From Candidatus Pacearchaeota archaeon (GTDB lineage: Archaea; Nanobdellota; Nanobdellia; Pacearchaeales; GW2011-AR1): a stretch of DNA of 64,000 nt. Position numbers and translations under genes: made by a program. The first letter of the stretch is position 1, and each line of letters begins with the position of its first letter. This document shows, one piece after another, positions 45,194 to 55,158 of this stretch. The notes under the pieces are model-generated. The model was not told where the DNA came from, ran no database searches, and saw nothing but the letters and a program-made list of their open reading frames with translations. The stretch covers positions 1 through 64,000 of the forward strand of contig JAGVWT010000003.1 of assembly GCA_018304175.1 (NCBI GenBank). The letters run 5' to 3'.

Positions 45194-46420
45194 TTATTCA
45201 AAAGCAATTTCTTCGCCTCCGAGAACTTTTTCACCTTTGTAGAGAACAATTGCCTGCCCATTTGCTATTCCTATTACTGGTTTGTTAAGTGATACGCGGA
45301 ATTTTCGTGCTGTTGGTGTTCGAAAAATCTTTACAGGGATTAGTTTTCCTAACTGGCGGATTCTTGCGCGGAGTTTAGAATCTTTGAAGTTAGTCCCACC
45401 TTCCACAGCCCCGACCATCCACCCTTCTTTTTTATCACTATATACAATCGATTTTATTTTATTATTAACTTTTTTACCAACTAACTTTTCAACCTCATCT
45501 TTATTTATCCAAAAGGGATTCTTTATGAAAATTTCTTTTCTGCAAAGTAGTTTGTGTCCTTCTGGAGCGGCGATTATTATATTTTTTTTAGAATCTTTTT
45601 TTGCAACATACCATTTTTTGATACTTCCATTATCACTGTTTTTTAAAATTTTAATCCCATTTTTTTCACCTAATCTCTGACCAATTGTATAGTAATAAAT
45701 TCCGTCGTGTTCTCCAATCACTTTCCCTTCGTGATTAAGGATTTTTCCTGGTTTTGCCTTTATTTTCTTTTGAAGGAATTTTTTCATGTTGACTTTTCCA
45801 ACAAAACAAATTCCTACTGTTGATTTCTTGTCAAAATTTGGAAAATTTTCTTTTTTTGCAATTTCTCTGACTTGCTTTTTTGTATAATCTCCTATTGGGA
45901 AAATAAGTTTTTTCAATTCATTCTGCTTTGTTCTATATAAGAAATAACTCTGGTCTTTTGATTCATCTTTAGCTCTGAAGAGTTCGAATTTACCTTTTTT
46001 ATCTTTTCTTATTCTTGCGTAATGTCCTGTAACTAAATATTCAGCATTTAGTTTTTTTGCCGTCCTTAGCAAAAGTGGAAATTTTATTTTGTAGTTGCAA
46101 TCAATGTCTGGATTTGGGGTTTTTCCTGAATAGTAATCATGAAACATTTTTTCTATAACTTCCTTTTTGTATTGCTTTTCAAAATCCAATGTGATTAATG
46201 GAATTTTTAGTTTATGTGCTATTTGAATTGCATATTTTCTTTCATCTTTCCAATTACATTCTCCAATCTCATTTTTACTATCACTCCAATTTTTCATGAA
46301 AACTCCAATTACATCAAACCCTTGTTTTTTCATTAATAATGCGGCGACACTTGAATCGACGCCTCCTGACATTGCGACGATAACTTTCGTTTTTTTAATT
46401 GGTTTCATTTTCCAAAGCAT
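45194..46420 (-). CDS. mnmA: tRNA 2-thiouridine(34) synthase, bacterial type
   Basis: AMSGGVDSS, TPNPDIDCN, TGHYA, KDQSYFL, K.STVGICF, YTIGQR, GQAIVLY. Confidence 0.93.
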   Translation of the reverse strand: MLWKMKPIKKTKVIVAMSGGVDSSVAALLMKKQGFDVIGVFMKNWSDSKNEIGECNWKDERKYAIQIAHKLKIPLITLDFEKQYKKEVIEKMFHDYYSGKTPNPDIDCNYKIKFPLLLRTAKKLNAEYLVTGHYARIRKDKKGKFELFRAKDESKDQSYFLYRTKQNELKKLIFPIGDYTKKQVREIAKKENFPNFDKKSTVGICFVGKVNMKKFLQKKIKAKPGKILNHEGKVIGEHDGIYYYTIGQRLGEKNGIKILKNSDNGSIKKWYVAKKDSKKNIIIAAPEGHKLLCRKEIFIKNPFWINKDEVEKLVGKKVNNKIKSIVYSDKKEGWMVGAVEGGTNFKDSKLRARIRQLGKLIPVKIFRTPTARKFRVSLNKPVIGIANGQAIVLYKGEKVLGGEEIAFE

Positions 46421-46459
46421 ATACTATAATTTAATAATACTTATATACAAGTTTCTTAT

Positions 46460-47164
46460 TTGAACTTTATGGATGATTATCAAAAAATCTTTTTGGATTT
46501 ATTATTCAATAAAGGAACTTTAAAAGTTGATGGAGAATATATGTTAAAAAATAAAAGAGTGTCTCCTTGGTTTTTTAATGTAGGTGATTTAAATGACGGA
46601 CAAAGTTTAAATGTAATTGGAGAATCATTTGCAAAACAAGTTCCCCTAAATACTAATATTGTATTTGGTCCTGCATATAAAGGAATACCTCTTGCTGTTG
46701 CAACCGTTATAGCAATTCAGTCACCCGTATACGGGAAAGTTAGTTATTCAACTTATAGAAAGGAAGAAAAAGACCATGGCGAAGCCACAGGAGAAGATTT
46801 ACAGAAAAAAGTTTTAATTGGCGCTAGAATAAAAGATGGAGACAAAATCACATTAGTTGACGATGTTTTTACCGACGGCGGTACAAAATATGATGCATTA
46901 AATCTCTTGAATAAAATGGCTGACAATTTAATATTTAATTCACTGCTTGTTGTTATAGACAGACAGGAAGTCAATTCCAATGGAGAAAATGCAATTGCTA
47001 AATTTTCCAGGGAAACAGGAATTCCAGTTAAGCCTATGATTTCTGCATTGGATGTTTATGACTTCTTGATTGAAAAAAACATGAATCCTCAGGCACATAG
47101 AATAAAAAAATATTTGCTTGATTATGGAACTGATGAAGTAAAAAAAGATTTTGAGAAGAGATAA
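46460..47164 (+). CDS. pyrE: Orotate phosphoribosyltransferase
   Basis: LKNKRVSPWFFN, GPAYKGIPL, RKEEKDHGE, LVDDVFTDG; adjacent to pyrF. Confidence 0.9.
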   Translation: MNFMDDYQKIFLDLLFNKGTLKVDGEYMLKNKRVSPWFFNVGDLNDGQSLNVIGESFAKQVPLNTNIVFGPAYKGIPLAVATVIAIQSPVYGKVSYSTYRKEEKDHGEATGEDLQKKVLIGARIKDGDKITLVDDVFTDGGTKYDALNLLNKMADNLIFNSLLVVIDRQEVNSNGENAIAKFSRETGIPVKPMISALDVYDFLIEKNMNPQAHRIKKYLLDYGTDEVKKDFEKR

Positions 47165-47878
47165 ATGATGCCTAAAGACTCTATTATTCCTATTGAAAGA
47201 AGTGTTATTCCCGCTTGCGATGTTTCAAGTCTGAAAGATTTGGAAAGAATTGTTAAAAATACTTCAAATATCGAAAAAATCGGCGGATATAAAATAGGAT
47301 TTGAATTAGGTTTGAAATATGGTTTTTCTTCTGTTGTGGATGTAATAGGAAAATATTCTGACAAGCCGATAATTTACGATCATCAAAAGGCAGGAACTGA
47401 TATTCCTGATATAGGGGAAAATTTTGCACGAATATGTTGGGTTTCAGGAATTGATGCAGTTATTTTATTTCCGCAGTCAGGACCTGAAACAGAAAAAGCA
47501 TGGATTGAAGCTGCTTTTGAGAGGGGTTTAGGAGTAATCGTAGGAGGATTGATGACTCATCCTAAATATTTGAGGAGTGAAGGAGGATATATTGCTGACG
47601 AGGCAATAATGGAAATGTACTTGAATGCAGCTGATTTAGGTGTTAGGAATTTTGTTGTTCCAGGAAATAGGCCTAATGACATAAAGAAAATCAGAAAAGC
47701 GATTGAACAAAAAGGAATCTCTCCAACATTTTATGCTCCTGGATTTATAGAGCAAGGTGGGAATCTTTCAGAAGCTGCAAAAGCTGCCGGAAAGAGATTT
47801 CATGGAATTGTCGGACGAACTTTGTGCAATGCAGAAAATATTGAAAAAGTTGCCAGAGATTTAACGAGCCAGATTTAA
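47165..47878 (+). CDS. pyrF: Orotidine-5'-phosphate decarboxylase
   Basis: PACD, YKIG, YDHQKAGTDIP, PG...QGG, IVGR. Confidence 0.88.
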   Translation: MMPKDSIIPIERSVIPACDVSSLKDLERIVKNTSNIEKIGGYKIGFELGLKYGFSSVVDVIGKYSDKPIIYDHQKAGTDIPDIGENFARICWVSGIDAVILFPQSGPETEKAWIEAAFERGLGVIVGGLMTHPKYLRSEGGYIADEAIMEMYLNAADLGVRNFVVPGNRPNDIKKIRKAIEQKGISPTFYAPGFIEQGGNLSEAAKAAGKRFHGIVGRTLCNAENIEKVARDLTSQI

Positions 47879-47918
47879 CTAAAAACCTTTAAATACGTTT
47901 TTCTTTTTCTCAAATCAT

Positions 47919-48011
47919 GTCCCGGTAGCTCAGCAGGTAGAGCACATGACTGTTAGAATTTTGAAAATTGCAGCGATCATGGGGTCGTAGGTTCGAGTCC
48001 TACCCGGGACG
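47919..48011 (+). tRNA. tRNA-Asn(GTT) with 20-nt 37/38 intron
   Basis: gtcccgg/ccgggac, catga/tcatg stem with CT-GTT-A, clean BHB (ctgt/gcag), TTCGAGT. Confidence 0.93.
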
Positions 48012-48013
48012 TT

Positions 48014-48517
48014 TCATTTTTTCTTCAGGCCCAAATCAAAAATAGGTTCTGGTTTATGTTTTTCAATTCTGTTGTAAACCTTTGAGTGTTTTGAGCCCTT
48101 TATTATAGAAACAACTGCTTCTCCGGCGTTTTTTATATTGTCAACATCTCCGATTATTCCAACTTGGCTGTCTTTAACTTGAAAATAACATTTTGTCAAT
48201 TCACTTAAAACACGAAGAGTTTTGCCTTTTGTTCCTATTATCCGCGCCTTTATCATTCCTAAATCTTTTCTTTTTGTGTAATCTTTTATGTTTAAAATTT
48301 CAAGTACAAATTCATCTTCTTTTAAGAGGAATGCTTTTTCTATTGGAAAACCTAAGTTTATTGCGTCAACAATTTTTTCAGCATAGTACTCATCTTCAGG
48401 CTTACCATCAATATGAATTTCTTTTTCCTTGATAGACACTTTTACCTTTAGTTCTTTCTCAAACTTTGCCTTTGCCTTTAGGACTTTCCTTGGATTTTCA
48501 GATATTAATCTTTTCAT
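48014..48517 (-). CDS. KH-domain rRNA-processing protein (Pno1/Dim2-like)
   Basis: AINLGF and KARIIGTKGKT GxxG motif; GSKHSKVY. Confidence 0.85.
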   Translation of the reverse strand: MKRLISENPRKVLKAKAKFEKELKVKVSIKEKEIHIDGKPEDEYYAEKIVDAINLGFPIEKAFLLKEDEFVLEILNIKDYTKRKDLGMIKARIIGTKGKTLRVLSELTKCYFQVKDSQVGIIGDVDNIKNAGEAVVSIIKGSKHSKVYNRIEKHKPEPIFDLGLKKK

Positions 48518-48564
48518 GATTGTAAATAGAATATCTTTTTAAAATACTTTTGCATTTTATTGTA

Positions 48565-49203
48565 ATGATAAAAGCTGTGATTTTTGATTTGGGTGGTGTC
48601 TTGATTTTTTATAATCACATGATTGCTGCCAGAAAAATGTCCAGACTTATTAGAGTTCCAAAGGAAAAGATTTTTGCTTTTTTAAATGAAAACAAAGAGT
48701 TTAATGTTTCTTATGAATTAAAATCTTCTCCAAAAATATATTGGGGTATTGCTGAGAAAGAGTTAGGAAAGAAAATTCCAATAAGTGATTTTGAGAATTT
48801 ATGGAAAACAATTTTTTGGCCGAATAAAAAAATGATATTCTTCGCCAGAAAAATAAAGAAAAAATACAAAATCGCGCTGCTTTCAAATACGGGAAATCTA
48901 CATGGTTCTTACCTATCAAAAAAATATCATCTTCAAGAGATTTTTTCTGTTATAATTTATTCTTACAAAGTTAAAACCAGAAAACCAAATCGAAAAATTT
49001 ATGAAATTGCTCTGAAAAAATTACATGTAAAACCTAGAGAAGCAATTTTTATTGATGATAAAAAACCAAATGTCAAAGGTGCTGAAAAAGTTGGAATTCA
49101 CGGAGTTTTATTCAGAAATTCAAAGCAGGCAATAAGAGATGTTGATAAAATAATTGAAAGAGAAAATAAAAATCAAAACTCAATTGTTTCTTTTTCGAGA
49201 TAA
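48565..49203 (+). CDS. HAD-superfamily hydrolase
   Basis: FDLGGV, LLSN, RKP, FIDD motifs. Confidence 0.92.
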   Translation: MIKAVIFDLGGVLIFYNHMIAARKMSRLIRVPKEKIFAFLNENKEFNVSYELKSSPKIYWGIAEKELGKKIPISDFENLWKTIFWPNKKMIFFARKIKKKYKIALLSNTGNLHGSYLSKKYHLQEIFSVIIYSYKVKTRKPNRKIYEIALKKLHVKPREAIFIDDKKPNVKGAEKVGIHGVLFRNSKQAIRDVDKIIERENKNQNSIVSFSR

Positions 49204-49505
49204 TTATTTTTTTTGAGCCATTCAATTTGATTAGGTCGATATTTGAAAATAACATCTCCTTTTTCATAATCTAGCTCCCACATTTCTATAATAACCACAT
49301 CACCCGGGCGTAACCAAAGTTTTCTTTTTAATCTTCCAGGAACACGGCAATTACGATTTTTGCCGTCGAGACAACGCACCATCATTTTATTTCCTCCAAG
49401 TCTTTGTTCTATAATTCCTATAACTTCTCCTTTTCTAGGAAGTTTTACCCTTGTGATTTGCTGTTCCTCTTCATTTTCATTGTTACTTTTATTATTTTTA
49501 TTCAT
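49173..49505 (-). CDS. eif1a: Translation initiation factor aIF-1A
   Basis: RLGGNKMMVRCLDGKNRNCRVPGRLKRKLWLRPGD. Confidence 0.95.
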   Translation of the reverse strand: MNKNNKSNNENEEEQQITRVKLPRKGEVIGIIEQRLGGNKMMVRCLDGKNRNCRVPGRLKRKLWLRPGDVVIIEMWELDYEKGDVIFKYRPNQIEWLKKNNYLEKETIEF

Positions 49506-49554
49506 ATATACTTTGATTTCATAATGTTTATAAATTTAATCTCCAAATAAATAA

Positions 49555-49803
49555 ATGGGTTTTGAATTCTATTTTGAATTACTATCTGGTGAAAGTCATT
49601 TTCATTGTGGTCTTGAAAATTTGGAAAGTGCAAATAAAGGACTTGAATCATTAGCTAATAATGGAATGCGGGTAGAAAGTGCGTATGGTGAAATAAAAGA
49701 AAATGGTAAAGTCATAAAAATGTATAATATTACTTATGAAATAATTGATGGGAAAAGAAAAGCAATACTTAAAGAATGGAAACTCATAAAAGAACAATTG
49801 TGA
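49555..49803 (+). CDS. Hypothetical protein
   Basis: Short ORF; no motif. Confidence 0.45.
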   Translation: MGFEFYFELLSGESHFHCGLENLESANKGLESLANNGMRVESAYGEIKENGKVIKMYNITYEIIDGKRKAILKEWKLIKEQL

Positions 49804-50089
49804 ATGGAGTGCCTGAAATTTTTCTTACCTGATTTTCAGAAATAATTCCAGCTTTAATCGCCGATTTTATTGAGTTTTCTCCAACAATATTAAATGTCGC
49901 GTCTTCTACTGACATTTGTTTTAGAAATTCAACCAATTTTTCTTCATTTAATTCTAAAGAATCTTTTCCGTTGAAAAAACTCTCTTTTATGTCAAGCTGG
50001 AAATTTCCTTCGTAGAATTTTTTTCCGAGTAAATCTTCGTCGCAGACAGCGACTATATCTCGATAGGATTTTATAATCCTTGCAAACAT
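49784..50089 (-). CDS. DUF424 family protein
   Basis: VAVCDEDLLGK...FF...N.VGENSI..AIKAG. Confidence 0.85.
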   Translation of the reverse strand: MFARIIKSYRDIVAVCDEDLLGKKFYEGNFQLDIKESFFNGKDSLELNEEKLVEFLKQMSVEDATFNIVGENSIKSAIKAGIISENQVRKISGTPFTIVLL

Positions 50090-50095
50090 TGTAAA

Positions 50096-50287
50096 TTAAT
50101 AAGATTTTTTTGCTCCAGATTTGATTGCCTTTTCTGCGTTTTCTTGAGACATCATAGCACTCATTTTTGTACCACAAACACTACATGGACCTTGAGCCAT
50201 AAATCCGCCTCTTGAAGTCTTGACAATCTTTGGGTCTTTCATTTCTCTTCCTTTTGCTTTACATTTAACACAATATGCTTGAACCAT
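50096..50287 (-). CDS. DUF5679-like zinc-ribbon protein
   Basis: AYCVKCK...G.C.VCGTKM. Confidence 0.8.
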   Translation of the reverse strand: MVQAYCVKCKAKGREMKDPKIVKTSRGGFMAQGPCSVCGTKMSAMMSQENAEKAIKSGAKKSY

Positions 50288-50411
50288 TTTTTACCTCCTA
50301 AAAAATTTAGTTTTTTTAGTTTATAAGGTTTATTGTTAATAACATTTAAAATTATTTTATAACAAAGATTTATAAAATATTTAAAAAAATCGAAAAACTT
50401 ATGTAAGTCTG

Positions 50412-50822
50412 TTAAATCTTGCTTCTTACGCTGTGTTTTGCACCACATGCTAAACAATGAATAAATGCTAGTCTATCTTCTTTTAATAATTCTGTGTCTG
50501 GTTTTCCACATTGTTTGCAGGTGACAAATTCTTTGATATAGTCATTTATTTTTTGATTTATTTTCTCGCTTGGAACTTTTATATTCAAAACTAACCTATC
50601 TCCTTCTTTTTGCCCCGAAGTTGCGAGTTCTTTAAGGATGAATTTTTGGAAGTGAGACTCGTCACGTCTGATATAACTTGCAATCTGGAAAAAGTTTGTG
50701 ATAATCGTCTTTTTACCTTCAAAATAACCTTGAATTTTTGGGATTTCAAATCTATCACTATCTTTTTTAGATACTTGCTTTACTTTCTTGTATGCTTCTT
50801 CAAGAAGTTTTTCGTATTCCAT
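50412..50822 (-). CDS. eif2b: Translation initiation factor aIF-2 beta
   Basis: RFEIP, KTIITNF, KELATSG, CKQCGKPDT...CLACG. Confidence 0.95.
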   Translation of the reverse strand: MEYEKLLEEAYKKVKQVSKKDSDRFEIPKIQGYFEGKKTIITNFFQIASYIRRDESHFQKFILKELATSGQKEGDRLVLNIKVPSEKINQKINDYIKEFVTCKQCGKPDTELLKEDRLAFIHCLACGAKHSVRSKI

Positions 50823-50872
50823 AGAAATATTGCCACGGAATACTTTATAAATCTTTTACGCTTTACACTCCA

Positions 50873-51478
50873 ATGAATTTGAGGCACATTGTTATTGGAA
50901 TTGGAATTTTTATTCTGACTTTATTTGTGACTATTTACGGAATCAGTGTGTTTTTTCCGCAGCCACAGTATGAAGATTTTTGTGGCTCTGAAAGATTCCC
51001 AAAAATGGTAAATGGGGAAGAGCAAATATGTCCTTCTATTTGTGTTGAACTTTATGAAATACAAGATGGTGAGTGTATTTTCAATGAGTGTGGTTCTGGT
51101 TGTGGTCCTGATGCTGTGACGAGTTTTGATAAACTAAATCAATGTGAAATTGCTTTGACAGGAAAGAATTGTTATGATCTTTATAATGATGCGATGGAAG
51201 AAAACAGTAAGAAAAGATTCTTGGCTTCAATTCCTCTTGGGGTTATTGTGATTATTTTGGGAAATGTAATATTTGCGCTTGAGAGTGTTGGAGTTGGATT
51301 AATGGCTGGTGGAGTTGGGACATTTATCTGGGGGGCAGGAGGTTACTGGAGTTATGCAAGCGATTTGTGGAGGTTTGCGATTTCACTTTTAGGATTGGTG
51401 GTTTTGATATTGGCTGCATACTGGTTTGAGAAACAAAACAAAACCGGTTTCTTCAAAAGAATTTTTGGGAAGAAGTAA
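50873..51478 (+). CDS. Membrane protein with Cys-rich extracellular loop
   Basis: TM, then loop with C..C, C..C.SGCG, then three TM segments. Confidence 0.75.
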   Translation: MNLRHIVIGIGIFILTLFVTIYGISVFFPQPQYEDFCGSERFPKMVNGEEQICPSICVELYEIQDGECIFNECGSGCGPDAVTSFDKLNQCEIALTGKNCYDLYNDAMEENSKKRFLASIPLGVIVIILGNVIFALESVGVGLMAGGVGTFIWGAGGYWSYASDLWRFAISLLGLVVLILAAYWFEKQNKTGFFKRIFGKK

Positions 51479-51529
51479 TGTCTAGGTTAATACAACAATT
51501 TTTAAAAACCCTTCAAAACTTTATTTTTA

Positions 51530-51991
51530 ATGGGTAAAAATAAATTAAGGGATAGACTTTATTCGGAAGTAAACAGAAATTCTAGTATAAAAAAAAGAGA
51601 AATAAATTATATTCTTGGATTGATTCAAGCAAATCCTATGATCACCAAATTACTTGGAGATAAAAATTTGGATAATGGGAATTTAGAGAAGAGTGTTTTT
51701 GAAAACACAAGAAAAATTCTTGTTGAAATTGAGGACAGATATTCTTCTCCTGTTGGTATCACTTATACATATCAACCAGAAGAATTGTCTAACCCAAACT
51801 CTACGGGATACTCGCCGGTATTTATTCTTGGCTGGATTGAGAGTAGAAAAATGAACGGGATTGATGCATATCATTTATTTTCTTCTGAAGAAGGTTTGAG
51901 GATAGTCAATGATTTGAGAAAAATAAGGAAACAAATTTCTATTGAAGAAAGAAACAAACGAGTTCTTGGGAGGCTTTATTATAGTCTCTAG
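51530..51991 (+). CDS. Hypothetical protein
   Basis: ORF with upstream TATA-like element; no motif. Confidence 0.6.
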   Translation: MGKNKLRDRLYSEVNRNSSIKKREINYILGLIQANPMITKLLGDKNLDNGNLEKSVFENTRKILVEIEDRYSSPVGITYTYQPEELSNPNSTGYSPVFILGWIESRKMNGIDAYHLFSSEEGLRIVNDLRKIRKQISIEERNKRVLGRLYYSL

Positions 51992-52076
51992 AGAAAGTCA
52001 TCAAGGTTGACTCCAATTCTCTCATAATATTTCCCGAATTTTTCTTTTACTCTTAACAAATAATTTTCCGCGTTTT

Positions 52077-52712
52077 TCAACCCAACCATCTTACAATTCC
52101 AGGACGTGGTTCAAATACAAGCCCTTCTTCAATTAATTTTAGGACTTCTTTGCTGACTTTTTCATTTGCCTCATTGATTTTTGGAGAAATTCCCGCGATT
52201 TCTATACCGCCGTTTTCTTCTGATTTTTTTATTATTTCAATTACTTTATTTTTTATTGAAAAATTTTGGTTTTGCTCCAATGAATCTTTTTTAATTGTAG
52301 AAATGTTATTTTCCTGTTTTTCAGTTTCAAGTTTTCTTAATAATAGATATTTTGGATCCTGTTTTTTTATTATTTCTGGTGAGATGTAAACTTCATCGTT
52401 GAAATATCTTAAGGAACCAATTATGATTATCGTGTCTCCGAGCGACAGTTCTTTGAGCTTTTCAGCGTCGTCACCGAATAATTTTAGGCTTATTTGTCCT
52501 GAGCCGTCGTCTATTTTTACAAAAACAAATTTTTTTTCTCCTTCGCTTTCGTATTTTTCAACTACACTGGCAATAACATTAACTCTTCGAACTTTTAAAT
52601 TCCCTAATTCAAGAAAACCAAACCTCTCATTTTCTATAACTGGCTTCTTGATTAGAATGCTGCCTATTCTTAACTTATACGCAATGTTTCGTTTGAATTT
52701 TTCATCTGGCAT
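52077..52712 (-). CDS. RPA32-like OB-fold protein with C-terminal winged helix
   Basis: KRNIAYK.RI, RVNVIA.VV, IDDGSG.I; ends EGLVFEPRPG. Confidence 0.8.
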   Translation of the reverse strand: MPDEKFKRNIAYKLRIGSILIKKPVIENERFGFLELGNLKVRRVNVIASVVEKYESEGEKKFVFVKIDDGSGQISLKLFGDDAEKLKELSLGDTIIIIGSLRYFNDEVYISPEIIKKQDPKYLLLRKLETEKQENNISTIKKDSLEQNQNFSIKNKVIEIIKKSEENGGIEIAGISPKINEANEKVSKEVLKLIEEGLVFEPRPGIVRWLG

Positions 52713-52718
52713 TTTAGA

Positions 52719-53033
52719 TTATCCTTCATATTTTTCAATTTTTCTTCTTAATATTTCCAATCTGTCTTTATACAATTCTTCTAAATCTTCATTAAGTAGA
52801 TTTGATAATCTTAGTGAGTGCATCAGCAAATCAGGAATAGCTTCGTTTATTATTTGTGTTAAGTCATAGCTTACTCCATGCTCTTGTTGTTCACAATATG
52901 TTGAAAATTTTCCAATCATTTTTCCAATGTGTAAAGTTATATGCCTAATCTGTTCTGGGACTGGCAAATTTTTGTGTTCCAAATATTTCTTGTCAAATTC
53001 TCTCTGTATTTCTAAAAATTCTTTTATGTCCAT
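52719..53033 (-). CDS. MazG-like NTP pyrophosphohydrolase fold protein
   Basis: All-helical; EAIPDLL..SLRLSN.L..DLE pattern. Confidence 0.5.
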   Translation of the reverse strand: MDIKEFLEIQREFDKKYLEHKNLPVPEQIRHITLHIGKMIGKFSTYCEQQEHGVSYDLTQIINEAIPDLLMHSLRLSNLLNEDLEELYKDRLEILRRKIEKYEG

Positions 53034-53034
53034 T

Positions 53035-55056
53035 TTAACCCATTTTTTGAATGTAACCTTTTTTTGGTTCAAATATTATTCCGTTTTTTACTAATTCAAT
53101 CAAAGCGTCGTCTATTTCGTCTTTTTTTAATCTTCCTTCAAGTTCTCTCTCCAATTCTTCTAATGGAATGAGCTTTCCCATTCTTTCTTCCATCTCTGTT
53201 ATTTTTGTCCTGAGCATAAAGACTTTGTTTCTTTTTGAACCAGTCATTGTTCCTCCTATTTTATCGATATCAAAAGCTTTTGATTCTTGGTCATAGCCGA
53301 CTTGCATCATATATGAATTCATTATACCTACTGCAATTTTCGCGTCATTTTTTGTTATTGTGTTATCAAGACGGAGTTTTGCAGAAGCTTCACTCATACG
53401 AATCAGTGCTTCTAGCTGTCTAGGTGAAATTGGAATTGGTCTCAGCGATTCGGCTGAAACAGCGCTGCTACGCAATTCAATGTAGAATTTTTCAATTTCT
53501 TCAATTGCTTCCTCGCTTAATTTTGGATTTATTTTTTGTTTTGAATACGCTACGTATTTTCTAAAAAGTTCTTTTGGAACAATCATTGTTTTTCCTTCCT
53601 TGTTATGCTCGTCCAGAATGTGGCGCGCAATTTTTCTATCTTTTTCTTTATCTGGGATGTCTCTTAATGGAAATATTATATCAAATCTGTTTATCAGAGT
53701 TACTGGAAGGTCAAATTGACTTGACAGTGATTCATCTGGGTTAAATCTTCCGAGTTTTGGATTTGCTGCTGCGAGCACAGAGGTTTCAGCTCTTAAAGTT
53801 GCCTGTACATTTGCTTTGCTAATTGTTATTGTTTGCTGCTCCATTGCTTCATGCATCGAACTTCTTTCCTGTGCGTCCATTTTTTCCAATTCATCTATGC
53901 AAACAAGTCCTTTGTTTGCCAGAACCATTGCGCCTGCTTCTAAGGACCAACCGCGGAGGTAATCATCTCTTACAACTGTCGCAGTTAAACCTGCTCCGCT
54001 TGCGCTTTTACCGACGACATAACGTCCTTTTGGAGAAATTTCCGCCATGAATTTTAAAGTACTAGATTTTGCAACTCCGGGATCTCCGATTAAAAGAACG
54101 TGAATGTCTCCTCTTCTTTTTTGCCCATCTGCGTGAGTTTTTCTTACACCACCGAAAATCTGTAATACTAAAGCTTTTTTAATTTCGTCGTAACCCCATA
54201 CACTTGGAACAATGCTTTGCGAAAATTTGTTGAATAATTGAGGGTCTTTTGAAAGTTCAATAATTTTATTCTCATCTTCTTCACTTATTTCAAATTCTTC
54301 AAAGTTTTCTTCTAAAGGTATTATATTGTTTGCTTCAAGTGCAAGTTCGTATCTTGTTGATAAACCCCCTGTCGCTAAAGGAACAGGAACTTCTTTTAAA
54401 ACACCGATGACTTTTATCCTACTTCCGGGAGTTGTTTTTTCTTCCATCTTTGGCTCGACTAAATCTTCTTTTACGAAAACATTTATTCTTTTTGGCTGTT
54501 CGCCTCCTGAGAGCGATTCTGGAGATTCTTCAATTACAAGTCTTTGGGTGTCAACCATTATTTTTTTGATTAATTTAAAACCACCTCTTCTTCCACACGA
54601 GCATCTTGAAGGTTCTATGAATTTTTTTTCCATCTGCAATAAAGAGATGTTTGTCCCACATGAAGGGCAATCAAATGTTGCGTTTACTACTTGGGGTCTT
54701 ACATCACTTGATTGCCTGATGATTCCTTCAACTACGACGAATTCGTTAATGTGTTTTGACCTGATGTTCCTGATGTCTATTTGCTGGCTTTCAGGAAGAT
54801 TGTAAAGACGGACCCTTATGTTTCCTATGATTAGCCCTGATTCTTCTATAGCAGCTTCTATTTCTGCGAGAGTTTCTTCGGGATTTGCGAGCACTTCTTC
54901 CGAGAGAGCGCTTGAAAATTCCGAGAGTTTCATGAAGTCAATGAATATTACATTATTTCCTTTTCTTAGATATTCCCCGAAATCTGTTTTGTAAGAATCA
55001 AAAAAATTCTTCGCCTCTATTATAAATTCCTCTTTACTTCTTCCGCTCTTTTCCAT
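53035..55056 (-). CDS. mcm: MCM replicative helicase
   Basis: CPSC..C.C zinc, GDPGVAKS Walker A, CIDELEKM Walker B, AAANP, C-terminal wHTH; no intein. Confidence 0.97.
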   Translation of the reverse strand: MEKSGRSKEEFIIEAKNFFDSYKTDFGEYLRKGNNVIFIDFMKLSEFSSALSEEVLANPEETLAEIEAAIEESGLIIGNIRVRLYNLPESQQIDIRNIRSKHINEFVVVEGIIRQSSDVRPQVVNATFDCPSCGTNISLLQMEKKFIEPSRCSCGRRGGFKLIKKIMVDTQRLVIEESPESLSGGEQPKRINVFVKEDLVEPKMEEKTTPGSRIKVIGVLKEVPVPLATGGLSTRYELALEANNIIPLEENFEEFEISEEDENKIIELSKDPQLFNKFSQSIVPSVWGYDEIKKALVLQIFGGVRKTHADGQKRRGDIHVLLIGDPGVAKSSTLKFMAEISPKGRYVVGKSASGAGLTATVVRDDYLRGWSLEAGAMVLANKGLVCIDELEKMDAQERSSMHEAMEQQTITISKANVQATLRAETSVLAAANPKLGRFNPDESLSSQFDLPVTLINRFDIIFPLRDIPDKEKDRKIARHILDEHNKEGKTMIVPKELFRKYVAYSKQKINPKLSEEAIEEIEKFYIELRSSAVSAESLRPIPISPRQLEALIRMSEASAKLRLDNTITKNDAKIAVGIMNSYMMQVGYDQESKAFDIDKIGGTMTGSKRNKVFMLRTKITEMEERMGKLIPLEELERELEGRLKKDEIDDALIELVKNGIIFEPKKGYIQKMG

Positions 55057-55158
55057 GATAAGGGTAAAAAGTACTGATTTTTATAGTTTGTTGTGGGAAA
55101 AAGATTGTTTTTGAAATGTTATAGAAATCTTTATAAATTAATGGATTAAACTAAAGTT

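Noticed and set aside
51988-52080. 30-aa minus-strand ORF with TTG start
   Set aside because: Too short, no SD, no recognisable feature; cannot be supported.
53035-55056. Intein or inactivation in MCM (NRFD instead of SRFD)
   Set aside because: Length is normal, Walker motifs and the arginine finger are retained; the variant is minor.
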